Assembly: GCA_000004985.1 (NCBI GenBank)
Contig: GG738855.1
Length of the DNA stretch: 64,000 nucleotides
Direction: 5' to 3' (one strand)
Source: Naegleria gruberi
Taxonomy: Eukaryota
The position numbers were made by a program, and so were the translations under genes. The notes below the pieces were generated by a model that saw only the letters and a program-made list of their open reading frames with translations, did not search any database and was not told where the DNA came from. This document shows, one piece after another, positions 22,298 to 32,993 of this stretch (position 1 is the stretch's first letter; every line of letters starts with the position of its first letter).

Positions 22298-24529
22298 ATG
22301 CCATTCTCTTTCCGCAAAAAGAGGAAAGCAGATGCTACTTCATCAACTGCCGAAATTGAACAAATAATAACAATTGACACACAACAACAAACAAACAATG
22401 AAAACGCCCAACCCAATTCCTCTCCATTACTAATGATGAGAGGTGAACCAAAGAAGAAAACACTTTCAAAATCTTCTTCCCATTCGTTTATTTCTTGGTT
22501 GACCCCTAGAAAGAAGACACAATCATCACAATCTATTTCGAATAATAATAACAACACTTCCCTAACTAGTATTGAAGATAATGCATCAACAATTCAACAA
22601 ACGCCAAAGACTCCTTCTACAAAATCACCAAGAAATTCGAAACTCGTCACATCACAATCAACAAGTTATATTATGGATCATGTAGAGAGACAAAAATCAT
22701 CAAACTTCTCTTCATCAATGCTTCCTTTGACGCCACTCAACAACAATAATTACGATAGTCAACGAAGTAAAATTAGAGTAGTAAAATCAGAGAAAACACC
22801 AAGAACATGTTCATCTCCAACCAGTGACGATGAATATCATTTAGGAATTAAACATTCCTTCACCATGTCTGTTATTTCTGATGAAAAGTCACCACGATTT
22901 ATTCTTTCAACACCCGATAATAATGCACAAGAGCTAGTATTTGGTAGTGCTGTTGAGAATATAATTTCAGATTATGATTCGGATGGTTTTTGTTTCTCTC
23001 CCCTTGTGGACGAAACTAGTCCATTCCAGGAGACTGCCAACAAGACTGCTTCGACATCCATCTTATCAGATGACCAGGCAGAAAAGGAAGTGGATGAGTA
23101 TGAAATTTTTGAAGAGTGGGCTAAACGATTTGATACCACAGAGCCATCATCTCTCTCTACAACTCAATTATCGACAAAGAAGAAGAGTGCCTCTTCCAGC
23201 TTTTCCAAACTCTTCAATGCAGTCTCACACTTGGATCCATTCATTCATATTCACCATACTACACCTTCACGGGGGAATAAGGTAAAATCACTCTCTCCAA
23301 AGAGTGCTACTACCAATGATTTATTCAATGATACAGAGACAGGAGGAGCTCTAATAATTAATGATGAACCAGCTCCAGATAGGGGAAGATTTAGTAGAAG
23401 TTTTAAAAATTTAATGATGGGAAAGAAATCTCCAGTGAATGGAGCTCTTTCTTCGTTGAGCCCTCGTCACGACAAGTCTCCTCCTCCTCATACAGTTGTA
23501 CAACACAGTCGTTTGCTTGTTATACTTCCAGATGAAATCAAGAGTCTCATATTTGAGTTTGCAGAATTTAAAGATATTCTCTCAATAAGGAGTGTCTGTA
23601 AAGAATTGAATGCCATCACAGACGATGACAGATTTTGGCAAAGAGTATGCTTTGAGTTGTCACTCGATTTTTCACAAGTAACCTACAAGCATTTGAAATC
23701 TCTATTCATTGAGAATCAACTTCATGTTACTTTGGCTGGTGATGAAGGAGTGGGAAAATCTCTCCTCATTCGTAGGTTAAGTAATAATCCTGCCTCTATC
23801 TTGGAAAGTAAAGGAGGAAGAAAGCAACTGTACGACTCAATGTATATGCAAGATGAGGAACCTTACTATATTTACTTTAAGGAGAACAATAAGTTTGACA
23901 AGTCACACAAAAAGAGCTCACGTAGGGAGGATGTGTACTTTGTCTGCTTTTCAATTTTGGATAAGAAATCTCTAAGCAGAACTAAGAAGGTATGTTTGGT
24001 ATAGCAATTATTAATCAAACTTACATATTATTTATATTACTATTAATGATGCATATATTTTATAATAACAAATACTAAACAGTGGATTAAGGCTATTCGT
24101 GCAAAAGACATAACTAAACCCATTATACTGGTTGGTCTAAAGGTAGATCTCAGAGACGAGGAAGGATCCGATCAATTCAAACTCATCAAGACTGAACAAG
24201 GCGAACAATTCAAGAATCGATTCAAACTCTTCTCCTACAGAGAGGTGAGTAACAAGACAAGAACTGGTCTTGAAGAGCTCATGCGTGATGCCATCAATGC
24301 CAAACGTATTCAAACAGAAAAGTTTTACAATTATGACAAGACACTAGGAACAGAAGCAGAAATGGAAGACATATCTGAAGATGTTTTCAATTATAGCGAT
24401 GAGGACGACATGGATTTAGATGGTTTTAATAGTGCACTCCCCACCAATACAGCGACAACATCCATAAGTAAGACAGCTACACTCTCCAAACGACTCTCAC
24501 AAATGAAAATCAACTTTGTTCTCGATTAA
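22298..24529 (+). CDS. Composite protein: long disordered Ser/Thr-rich N-terminus, an F-box, then a Rho-family-like small GTPase domain with degenerate G motifs. Exons 22298..23989 and 24083..24529, 93-nt GTATGT...AAACAG intron.
   Basis: F-box (LVILPDEIKSLIFEFAEFKDILSIRSVCKELNAI). G1 P-loop LAGDEGVGKSLLIRR. No DTAGQE or G3 motif. The second exon carries Rho-like motifs (WIKAIR…KPIILVGLKVDLRD; FKLFSYREVSNKTRTGLEELMRDAI) and has no CAAX tail. Confidence 0.7.
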
Positions 24530-24781
24530 TGAGGAAAGGAAGAATCGCGTCAGAAATGAGTCGTACTCTTCATACACTTTATTTTCCCACCATGCAAATT
24601 CCCACAAGATAGAGTTTCATATTCCATCGTGCACTAGAACAACCTCAACCGCCTTAACATCTCGTTTGAATCAACCCTCAAAAAAAATACCTCAATTGGC
24701 TCTCGGATTGAGTATACACATACAGTGAATAGCAACACTAACGAACACCAATAAGGTGAAAATCAAAAGCAACAGTAAGAA

Positions 24782-25921
24782 ATGGGATTGAATCCATCCA
24801 AGATTTCTAAACACAACCGAGCAGAATTCGAATTCAACTATAAACCAAGATTAAATTCTGGAAGTGTTTCTAAGAAACATTCAATTCCAACCGATATTAT
24901 TCATGAGATTGCTTCGTTCATGACCTTAAAGGAGATTATTCACTCCTTCAGTTGTTTATCAAGGGGATTGCGTGGCAGATTCTTCCTCAATCCAACCTCT
25001 CCTCATTGGAAAATCATTAACCTTTCTGATGAAATTATGTTTGGTGATTTGCAAATGGAGAAAATAGTTCAAAATGGTGTTCTCATCCATTCAGAAATGA
25101 TAATTCTCAGAAGAACAAATGTAACTTCTTATTCCCTAAGAAAAATCACCAAGTTTTTAAAGAAGAATCCTGATAATAATCTTTCTCTCCTCGATGTTAG
25201 AGGTTGTTGTAAGGTTTCGAGATCTTCCAGCAAATTGCTTCAGAGAAGTAAGCCTTCCATTCAAATCAGAATGGAAACTAGATCTGACCACTTTGAATGT
25301 ACCTCCGAAACCATTGAGATGAGTAACAATATATTTTCAAATTCCAATTACTTTAATAGATTAACACAAGAGTCTGATAACAATATAATCTATTATGGAT
25401 TTGATGTAGCAAAATGTGCCTGTGACTATTGCTCTGCCTTTAATGTAAAGATGAAATTACTAATGGCTATCTATGGTCCCTATTATTTAGATGTGTTTGT
25501 TGGAAACTTTAAATATGACTTTTTTGAAAAAGCAAGCTCTTCAGCAAAGATTGATTGCTTTACTCCAACATTTGGTACCTCTAAATCATTCATTCCTACT
25601 GGTAATAGTCTGAATTATATTTTGAGAAAGCTTTGGAAGTACAGATTGGTCAAATCTGCCAACTTGGAATTGATCTATAGAAAATACACTCACAATCCTC
25701 TATTCATTGGTGAAGAAGAAATGAATTCATTGGAGTGTTTTTGTGACCGATATGGACCAATTATTGTATTGAGAAATGATGATATTGTAGTGATTGCAAC
25801 CATATGCAACTTGGGTGTTGTCTTTACATCATTTGATAAATTGACAAGCCTTGGAAATGCTATCAAGGCAAGCAGATTCCTCTCGTGCAACGCACATTAT
25901 GATTTGGTTGATATTGCTTAA
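24782..25921 (+). CDS. F-box-like protein with an N-terminal MGxxxS myristoylation-type motif (hypothetical)
   Basis: MGLNPSK N-terminus and an F-box-like IPTDIIHEIASFMTLKEIIHSFSCLSRGLRGRFF. Ends with TAA-TAA only 6 nt before the next ATG. Confidence 0.5.
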   Translation: MGLNPSKISKHNRAEFEFNYKPRLNSGSVSKKHSIPTDIIHEIASFMTLKEIIHSFSCLSRGLRGRFFLNPTSPHWKIINLSDEIMFGDLQMEKIVQNGVLIHSEMIILRRTNVTSYSLRKITKFLKKNPDNNLSLLDVRGCCKVSRSSSKLLQRSKPSIQIRMETRSDHFECTSETIEMSNNIFSNSNYFNRLTQESDNNIIYYGFDVAKCACDYCSAFNVKMKLLMAIYGPYYLDVFVGNFKYDFFEKASSSAKIDCFTPTFGTSKSFIPTGNSLNYILRKLWKYRLVKSANLELIYRKYTHNPLFIGEEEMNSLECFCDRYGPIIVLRNDDIVVIATICNLGVVFTSFDKLTSLGNAIKASRFLSCNAHYDLVDIA

Positions 25922-25927
25922 TAAAAA

Positions 25928-27196
25928 ATGACATCATTATCTACTCTGATTGGCTCGGTGGTTGAGTCAAAGAATACATCAGCACCATACTCAATTATTG
26001 CATTATCATCATCATGTGATTCCATCTCCATTGAGGATATTTGTGGCAATCTGAATAAATTAAAGAAGGATCATGAGGCAACAGCCAAAGCATGTCTCAA
26101 AGCAAAGAAAGATAAAACAAGCCTTCACAAATTGACCGAACAACATTCGGAAGAAATTCAAAAACTTAAACCTTACATTGATCAACTAATTCAAAACAAG
26201 TTGAAATTAGAACAAAAGATCTTTGATTTACAATGGACAAGGCAATTTAAAGAACAAGAATTGGCTAGAGCAAAATCCGAAATATCAGATGAATCATCCA
26301 TCAATGAAGCCTTAATTGACTCGTATGAAGTTTCTCTCCAATCCATTCATGATGAATTACTCCTCTTCAAATCTCGAATGGAAGAATCAACAAAGATGAA
26401 AGAACACCTCTCCGAAGAAATTCTTAGACAAGGCAATATCTTTTCATCCCAATGTCAGGAGAAGAGAGGAAAGGAGGTTGAATTGAGAGAAAAGATGGAA
26501 GAAACACATCACCTTCATGAGCTGTTGGATTCTCTTGAGGAAACATACACTGCTCTGTTGAAGGAGAATGTTAATCGAACTTCCAGTTCTAATCAATCAC
26601 CACACTCAAAATCCAATGAAAAGCTATTGCTAATTGAACAACAAAAGTACTCCGATCAATTGAAGAATATCAACAACGAATTGAGAGAGTTGAGACAAAA
26701 GAAGCAATCTCTCGCTCAACAAATTGATTCCAAGAAGAAACTTAAAGAAGCCATGAATGAAGAGTTGAAGAATCTAGCAAGGGAATTGAAAAGTAAGGGC
26801 ATTGGTAACAATTCAGACACAAGAAGGGTAGCTGAGAATAGCTCTGCAGCAGATTTGACAAGCCCATTCTCTAATCATTTTTCTGCACCAAAAACTCCTG
26901 CGCCTTCAGCTCAAAAGTTTTCATTCAAGAGAACTGTAGTCAATCACGACCCTCAAAAGATCTCAGCAACAACTCCAGATATCAGACTTCTCAAGAGAAA
27001 AACCTCCCCAAACGAAAATGTAATTGATAATGCTAATCAGAACAACAATTCTTCCCGTGTCGACATTTCATCCTTTGCTTATAAGAAGAATGATTTCAGA
27101 AAGGCCTCTGATATTAACAGTGTCAGTAATTCCTCAAACAATAGTAGCAGCAGCACTCCGACAACCTACACATTCAAAAAGTTGAAAAAAGACTAG
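25928..27196 (+). CDS. Coiled-coil protein (hypothetical)
   Basis: 422-aa ORF dominated by heptad-repeat segments (KLKLEQKIFDLQWTRQFKEQELARAKSEI…) and a Ser/Asn-rich tail. Confidence 0.5.
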   Translation: MTSLSTLIGSVVESKNTSAPYSIIALSSSCDSISIEDICGNLNKLKKDHEATAKACLKAKKDKTSLHKLTEQHSEEIQKLKPYIDQLIQNKLKLEQKIFDLQWTRQFKEQELARAKSEISDESSINEALIDSYEVSLQSIHDELLLFKSRMEESTKMKEHLSEEILRQGNIFSSQCQEKRGKEVELREKMEETHHLHELLDSLEETYTALLKENVNRTSSSNQSPHSKSNEKLLLIEQQKYSDQLKNINNELRELRQKKQSLAQQIDSKKKLKEAMNEELKNLARELKSKGIGNNSDTRRVAENSSAADLTSPFSNHFSAPKTPAPSAQKFSFKRTVVNHDPQKISATTPDIRLLKRKTSPNENVIDNANQNNNSSRVDISSFAYKKNDFRKASDINSVSNSSNNSSSSTPTTYTFKKLKKD

Positions 27197-27217
27197 GTAA
27201 TAATGTACTGTATTACA

Positions 27218-28930
27218 TTAGAATGAGAAGTGTCTAGCCACAATTGAATTCTCACCATACTCATCAAATTCATCCTTTGTAACACACATGTTGTCAAATG
27301 TACTCAAGGACATTAAGATGTTGGCTCCTAATAAAATGGAGTCCTCTCTATTCTTATTAATATTGACTGTTACCGTTTCAGCTCGCAATGACTTGGTTAA
27401 TTCTGATTGAGTGAGTTTCTTTTCCAATTCTGTAGAGAATCTCTCAGGTAAACCTTGGAAATTTGATGACCCTCCACAAACAACAAGGTTATTCAAGCTT
27501 GTCAATACCATTTCCTCATCCATAGATTCCAAACTCTCAATAACTGAATTTTGAATGCTTCTTCCACACCAAGATTCATAATATTGCTTATCAATAGATA
27601 AGTCAAAGAAAAATTCTGTACAATCTCCCAATATACCCTCTGATTCTGTTGGAATTCTCAAAATATTACCATCTGGAAGGTTGAAAACTGGTGCAGTATC
27701 ATTTTTTCTATCTTTCGAATGTACTTTCGTATAACAAAGTTTCTCCTTAATAGATCTCAAAATCTCCTTTTCTGAACTTGTAGCAAACTTTAAATTGACA
27801 GTATCCAAACATTGATTTTTCAAAAGCATTGCTTGTAATACTTCCTCAACTGAATGACCACCAAAAGGAATGGCCTTCAATGAATTCCATACAGGCATTC
27901 CTTCATAGACTGGCAATACTGTTGTGAATAACTCTCCCATATCAATAACCATACCACTTGTTTTACCAATACTGAAAATTGGCAAGACATGATCAAGAGA
28001 TAGATACATTTTCTCATAATTCCAACTATCGAATGCATAATGAACGAGTTTCTCCTTCAAAGTTACATCTCTGTACAAGTAGAAAGGTAAAGCAGTGAAG
28101 AGACATTTAGGAGAATTTTGAGAGTTGACTCCTCTAATAAATTCAGCAACTTTCTTCTCCAACATTTGTTCACAATAGGATACAATTGGTTCAGTGTATG
28201 ATGTTGGTTGCTGTTTTGTCTTGAATGGAAAATCAATACGTTCAGAGACAATATACTGATCGAAATACTTTTTTAGCGGATAATTAAGTGTACTAATTGA
28301 CCTTTGTTCCAAACATTCATTTCCAAAGGTTTTCAAATCTTGTCCTCTCATCTTACTTTCAAAATCATGATTTCTATCCTTTCTATTCGCAATAACAGTT
28401 GCTTGATTCATCAATCTAATCTCATTTCCATCTCTACTCATTGAAATTTTAGTATTTTGAGCACCAATTGACCAAAATACTTTCACTTGATCACTTTCTT
28501 TCAAAATCTTTTCCGAAAATCTTTCCTTTACCAACAAATCTTGTCCCTTTTTCAATTTCTCCAAGAATTTACCATCATCATTTCTATCAACACTCCCGAG
28601 AGTAGCAGCTTGATTTAAACTCTTTCCCTTTCTATCATTCAAATCACTCCACTTTAATTGTTGCAATGCCGTTGTTGGATCACCCTTTCCCAATTTGACT
28701 TTAAATTGTGTTGTATGTTTGTTTGAAAATGATTCCCTATTTGCTTCTTCGCTGGTTCGTTGGGCAATTTTCCTCTGCAATGAGACAATTTTATTGATAA
28801 TGATGAGGGAGAGGATGGAAACTACAATGGTCGAAAATGATAAAAAGATTAACAGATTTGGAGTTAATCCGTAGGCATCGAGGCCATAGTCATGAATGGA
28901 TTCTGCAATGGCTTGTCTCCAAATGTCCAT
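27218..28930 (-). CDS. Divergent actin-related protein with an N-terminal hydrophobic signal-anchor/TM segment and large insertions
   Basis: Actin-fold signatures in the C-terminal half: GMVIDMGELFTTVLPVYEG; VVCGGSSNFQGLPERFSTEL; LGANILMSLSTFDNMCVTKDEFDEYGENSIVARHFSF (compare the actin C-terminus [28 protein letters not shown]). The N-terminus has a ~23-residue hydrophobic stretch (LLIFLSFSTIVVSILSLIIINKIV). Confidence 0.7.
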   Translation of the reverse strand: MDIWRQAIAESIHDYGLDAYGLTPNLLIFLSFSTIVVSILSLIIINKIVSLQRKIAQRTSEEANRESFSNKHTTQFKVKLGKGDPTTALQQLKWSDLNDRKGKSLNQAATLGSVDRNDDGKFLEKLKKGQDLLVKERFSEKILKESDQVKVFWSIGAQNTKISMSRDGNEIRLMNQATVIANRKDRNHDFESKMRGQDLKTFGNECLEQRSISTLNYPLKKYFDQYIVSERIDFPFKTKQQPTSYTEPIVSYCEQMLEKKVAEFIRGVNSQNSPKCLFTALPFYLYRDVTLKEKLVHYAFDSWNYEKMYLSLDHVLPIFSIGKTSGMVIDMGELFTTVLPVYEGMPVWNSLKAIPFGGHSVEEVLQAMLLKNQCLDTVNLKFATSSEKEILRSIKEKLCYTKVHSKDRKNDTAPVFNLPDGNILRIPTESEGILGDCTEFFFDLSIDKQYYESWCGRSIQNSVIESLESMDEEMVLTSLNNLVVCGGSSNFQGLPERFSTELEKKLTQSELTKSLRAETVTVNINKNREDSILLGANILMSLSTFDNMCVTKDEFDEYGENSIVARHFSF

Positions 28931-29096
28931 TTTTTTTTAATGATTGCTGACAATGTTAATATCTTGTTTATTTTTGTTTATTTAATATTATTAAAATATA
29001 CAATTTAATATTTATACAATATGTTTATAGTTTTATTTATTATTAATTATGAAATTGAAAAAACAAATTCTCTTTATTTGGACAAAATAGAAAAAA

Positions 29097-30395
29097 ATGA
29101 AAAAATTCCTTCCCTCATCAACTCTTCACTTGTTGAAAAACAATTTCGGAGGCAAAATCATCCTCACACAACAAAATTCTCTGATTGTGAATAATAATTT
29201 ATCATCAGCATCACTCACTGTTAGAAATGCCTTCATCAATAATGTGATGATGAATAGGAGAGGAAAGACCATTCTCTCCGATACTCTGAGAACACAAACA
29301 AAGACTTCAAAGGGTACTGATAATAATCAATCATCTGGAAATGAAAAGGAGGAAAAACAAGGATTTTCTGCTAGTGATAGTAGTACTGGTACACAATCAA
29401 AATATAAAAAGTATGCCACTTGGACCTTAGTAGGTTTGGCTGGTTTGATTGGATGGATGGAATTAAATTATAGATCAAGTCCTGAATTTTCTGCTGGTGA
29501 TGCTATTAGAAAGGCAATTTACGGAAATCCATATAGAAATTATTTAAATACCAAGAATGGTGTTGTTTTGGAATTGAGTGTGGATGGTAATGCATCTATT
29601 GTTGATGAAGATGCTTCTCAAGTTAAGAAATTAGTTTACATTTCGGAGGAAGGAAATATTCACTTGATTGTTCCTGATAATTTTGTTCAACCTGGATTAT
29701 TGGTGAATGAGTCGTCTGCATTCAGAGATTCAGGTAAATTCAGATTGACTGATATCAGTGGTAATGATTTAATTTTGGAATGGAACAGAATCAATACAGT
29801 TTTGAGAACTAATTTACAATCAACAATGACACCAACCGAGGAAATTCTCAAAGCCTGTGCTTACAAATACATTGAATCTCTTCTTGAAAGAACTGACGGT
29901 ATCAATATTCAAAGAACAGAATACATCCACATACCTAACCCAAGAATTCCAGTAAAACCATTGGAAAGTTTGGATCCTCTTCCTGTTGATCTTCCATATT
30001 CCAGAATTGCCAATAAGAAGGGAATGGATATGGTATGTGTGGTAAGCTCACACCCAGTCAGCCCTGATTCTCAAGAAAAACTTTATAGAGCCGATTTGTG
30101 GTATGTACACTATCCATTCGTCTACCACTTTTGTGTAAATCAACCTGAACAAACTCGTAAGCTTGCTAATTTCCTTCAAGAAATCAAAGTTGATCCAAAC
30201 TCTGAAAAAGCAAGAGAAATTGTCAAACAAGCTTCCACACAATTGACAAACAAGGACGAAGTTCTTGAACAAATTACCTCTAAAACATTTGCTCCTGACA
30301 GATTGACATTAGACCCAGCAAAAATTGGCCTAAACTTGAGGAATGATTTGTTAAGAGTTCAACACAATAGTTTCTGTAAATTCATTTCCGTTTAA
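29097..30395 (+). CDS. Hypothetical protein with a presequence-like N-terminus and one predicted TM (possibly organellar)
   Basis: 432-aa ATG ORF; N-terminus MKKFLPSSTLHLLKNNFGGKIIL…; TM WTLVGLAGLIGWM. Confidence 0.4.
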   Translation: MKKFLPSSTLHLLKNNFGGKIILTQQNSLIVNNNLSSASLTVRNAFINNVMMNRRGKTILSDTLRTQTKTSKGTDNNQSSGNEKEEKQGFSASDSSTGTQSKYKKYATWTLVGLAGLIGWMELNYRSSPEFSAGDAIRKAIYGNPYRNYLNTKNGVVLELSVDGNASIVDEDASQVKKLVYISEEGNIHLIVPDNFVQPGLLVNESSAFRDSGKFRLTDISGNDLILEWNRINTVLRTNLQSTMTPTEEILKACAYKYIESLLERTDGINIQRTEYIHIPNPRIPVKPLESLDPLPVDLPYSRIANKKGMDMVCVVSSHPVSPDSQEKLYRADLWYVHYPFVYHFCVNQPEQTRKLANFLQEIKVDPNSEKAREIVKQASTQLTNKDEVLEQITSKTFAPDRLTLDPAKIGLNLRNDLLRVQHNSFCKFISV

Positions 30396-30415
30396 AAAAG
30401 TTAAATTATTATTAT

Positions 30416-30950
30416 TTACTTGGCATGTTTCTTTGTGTATTCACGAGCAGTCTTATCGAATTTAGATCTATCATTAACATAGGCTTCAGCAGCATCGGCA
30501 TCGAGTGGTGAAGCAGTATTTGGATTCTTCATAAGTTCTTGAATAGCAATAATAACAGCTTCCAAGTTCAATGTTGGTTTCCAACCATCAGCCTTCAAAA
30601 CTTCTAAACAAATACCACCTTCAGCATCAAAGTTTGGATGGTAAACTCTTGTCTTTGCTGTGAATTTTGGAGGATTGAATGGATAGCTTTTGTATGTCGG
30701 ATCAAAGCATCATTTATAAGTGATGATGATTAATACTAGCTTGGAAGAAATTAAAAACTCACTTTTCTGGGAGAACACAATCAAATTCAAATTTACCACC
30801 TTCATAAGGAGTACCGGATGGTCCACCAATAATAATTTTCCAATGTTTAATATCATCACCAACAAGATCAACTGTACAACCATCGACTGGTTTGGTCTTT
30901 AACTTGTTGAATTCCTTGAGTGGTCTTTGGGCGGCTCCTGCTTGACTCAT
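30416..30950 (-). CDS. Ubiquitin-conjugating enzyme E2 (UBC fold), 2 exons: 30763..30950 and 30416..30686, 76-nt GTGAGT...AAG intron
   Basis: HPN…ICL active-site region (YPFNPPKFTAKTRVYHPNFDAEGGICLEVLKADGWKPTL) recovered across the splice. Total ~152 aa. Confidence 0.9.
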
Positions 30951-31400
30951 TTTTATTATGTTGTATTTTTAGATTGCAATGTTCCTTTGCAAATATTTGC
31001 ATCAAAAACATTGAAATTGTAATAGGTGATGCATGTTCAGTCTGAGGTTTAAAAAGTGCAATATTGAAACTTTAAATCTCTTATGATTTAAAAAGTAGTA
31101 GTTGGATTAGTGAAACAACGGTCGCCACTAAAGTTTTCAAGGTTGATGTCGAATGGAAGTTGAAAGTCTCCAATTCCCTTTCTATTAGGCTTCTTGTTTG
31201 AAATTCGTGCTTGCTAGCGAACAAATATACTGCCTTCCAATTAATTAGAACAAACAGATTTTTAAAAAATATTCATACAGCAGCGGATTGGTTTGTTGAT
31301 TGGAAGTTTCTACATCATCACAAACAACAAACAGAATTCTGGTTTACATCATCACCAATAATTATTACACCAGATATCCATATACTACCTTCCAAATACA

Positions 31401-32972
31401 ATGATATCGGGTTATACACCACCAACAACACAGCCACCAACAGCAAATAATGGCTTGGCTGAAAGTTATAATGGAATTGCTGGACCAAAAGCCGACGACT
31501 TTTTGGATAACCTCTTGGAAAAGGCTCCAGGATCAACCAAATTTTGGAATTACTTTTATACTCTCTTCATGATTATTTTTGTAATTCTCGGAACATCAGT
31601 TGTTATTTTGTTAGCTGTTTTCTTCCATAATAGAGTTATTTTCCCAATAGACAGTTCATGTACTACTGGTTCAAAGGATATTGTTATTCCTTCGAATGTT
31701 ATTTCAGATTTTTGGAAGAAGTGTTCTTCCTTTTCTGAAACTAAATATTTGTCCTCTTTCCACTACAGCTTACAAGAAATTAATTGTATGAAATCGGAAA
31801 GTTATGGAAGAGCATTAAATCTCATGTCCGTACCAAATGTAAAGAGATCAATTGTGGATAATGTTATCAAGATTGCTGATCAATATTTGGCAGGTGCCCC
31901 AACTGCTGATTCCTGTTCAAAGGAAAGATCTAGAATTTTGGCCATCCAAACCAAGTACAAGAATTATTTGAGTATCATTGATAAGGGAGGTGATGTTGAA
32001 CTTCCAAAGTTTTTCAAGACCTTTGTCTATCAAAAATCATTAGAACAAGCTCTCTCATCAAACAATGCTCTCCAAAAGGATTCATTGAATGATGTCAAGT
32101 ATTCATGGATTAGTACTGTTCCAGAAACTATTAACGAACAAAAGGAACAAACTGTTTATGGATTGGCTCTTTCTAACAAGTTTGAAAACCTCGATTTTGG
32201 AATCGTTCGTCGTGTTTACGATGACTCGTATGGTTCTCGCATGTGGGTCTCTTTCAATGAAACTGTTGTTCCACTCTTTAAGGGAGATAGTTTTGATTTG
32301 TTGACTAACTTTGTTGTTGCAGACAGCACCAACATTACAGCATTCTACGAATTACTCGATTCCCAAATTCAAAACCCAGCTCTCAAGAACTTGATCTCTC
32401 AAAACAATACCAATTTGGTTGTTACCTACACTGATATGAATGCAGAATTAATGTTGCTCAACTTGGCCAGAATTAACTCAAAGGATCGTTCCAATGTTAT
32501 GGCTGAATATTCCATGATGCTTGCCAAGTACACTGATGGTACTTATGAGCAAAGAACCAAGTTGACATGGGGCAGCTCTAAGGAACCAACTGATGGTATC
32601 TTGCAAAGACTCACTGAAACATCCTTCCAATCCTCATTTGTTCTTCAAGGTTTCTCTAAACAATCAGTCTTTGATCAAGATTTCCTCAATTTTGTTGTAA
32701 GAGATGGTTCTGACTACATTTTCTACACAACTGATGTTTATTGCAAGGATAGGGTTGCCAAGACCAATGATGGGGTTCAAGTTTCCAAATGTAATATTCT
32801 TAAAAGGGAATTAACCTATTCAACAACTCCAGAATATGGTCAAATTTCTGCACAAGCCATCTTTGATCCAGCCAACCAATTCTATGTTGGATTGAAGCTA
32901 GACTCTGATGACGATGACGATGATATCTATGAAGAATTGGCAAATGGTGATGCTGAAGAATTCCACTTTTAA
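31401..32972 (+). CDS. Hypothetical type-II membrane/secreted protein with an acidic C-terminal tail
   Basis: 523-aa ATG ORF; N-terminal TM FYTLFMIIFVILGTSVVILLAVFF; C-terminal DSDDDDDDIYEE. Confidence 0.4.
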   Translation: MISGYTPPTTQPPTANNGLAESYNGIAGPKADDFLDNLLEKAPGSTKFWNYFYTLFMIIFVILGTSVVILLAVFFHNRVIFPIDSSCTTGSKDIVIPSNVISDFWKKCSSFSETKYLSSFHYSLQEINCMKSESYGRALNLMSVPNVKRSIVDNVIKIADQYLAGAPTADSCSKERSRILAIQTKYKNYLSIIDKGGDVELPKFFKTFVYQKSLEQALSSNNALQKDSLNDVKYSWISTVPETINEQKEQTVYGLALSNKFENLDFGIVRRVYDDSYGSRMWVSFNETVVPLFKGDSFDLLTNFVVADSTNITAFYELLDSQIQNPALKNLISQNNTNLVVTYTDMNAELMLLNLARINSKDRSNVMAEYSMMLAKYTDGTYEQRTKLTWGSSKEPTDGILQRLTETSFQSSFVLQGFSKQSVFDQDFLNFVVRDGSDYIFYTTDVYCKDRVAKTNDGVQVSKCNILKRELTYSTTPEYGQISAQAIFDPANQFYVGLKLDSDDDDDDIYEELANGDAEEFHF

Positions 32973-32993
32973 TTTGCATTGTAAATAAAAAAA

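Noticed and set aside
24782-27196. Treating the two ORFs 6 nt apart as one read-through gene
   Set aside because: Two consecutive in-frame stops (TAA TAA) separate them and the downstream ORF has its own ATG in an A-rich context. They are therefore kept as separate CDSs, although co-transcription is flagged as a finding.
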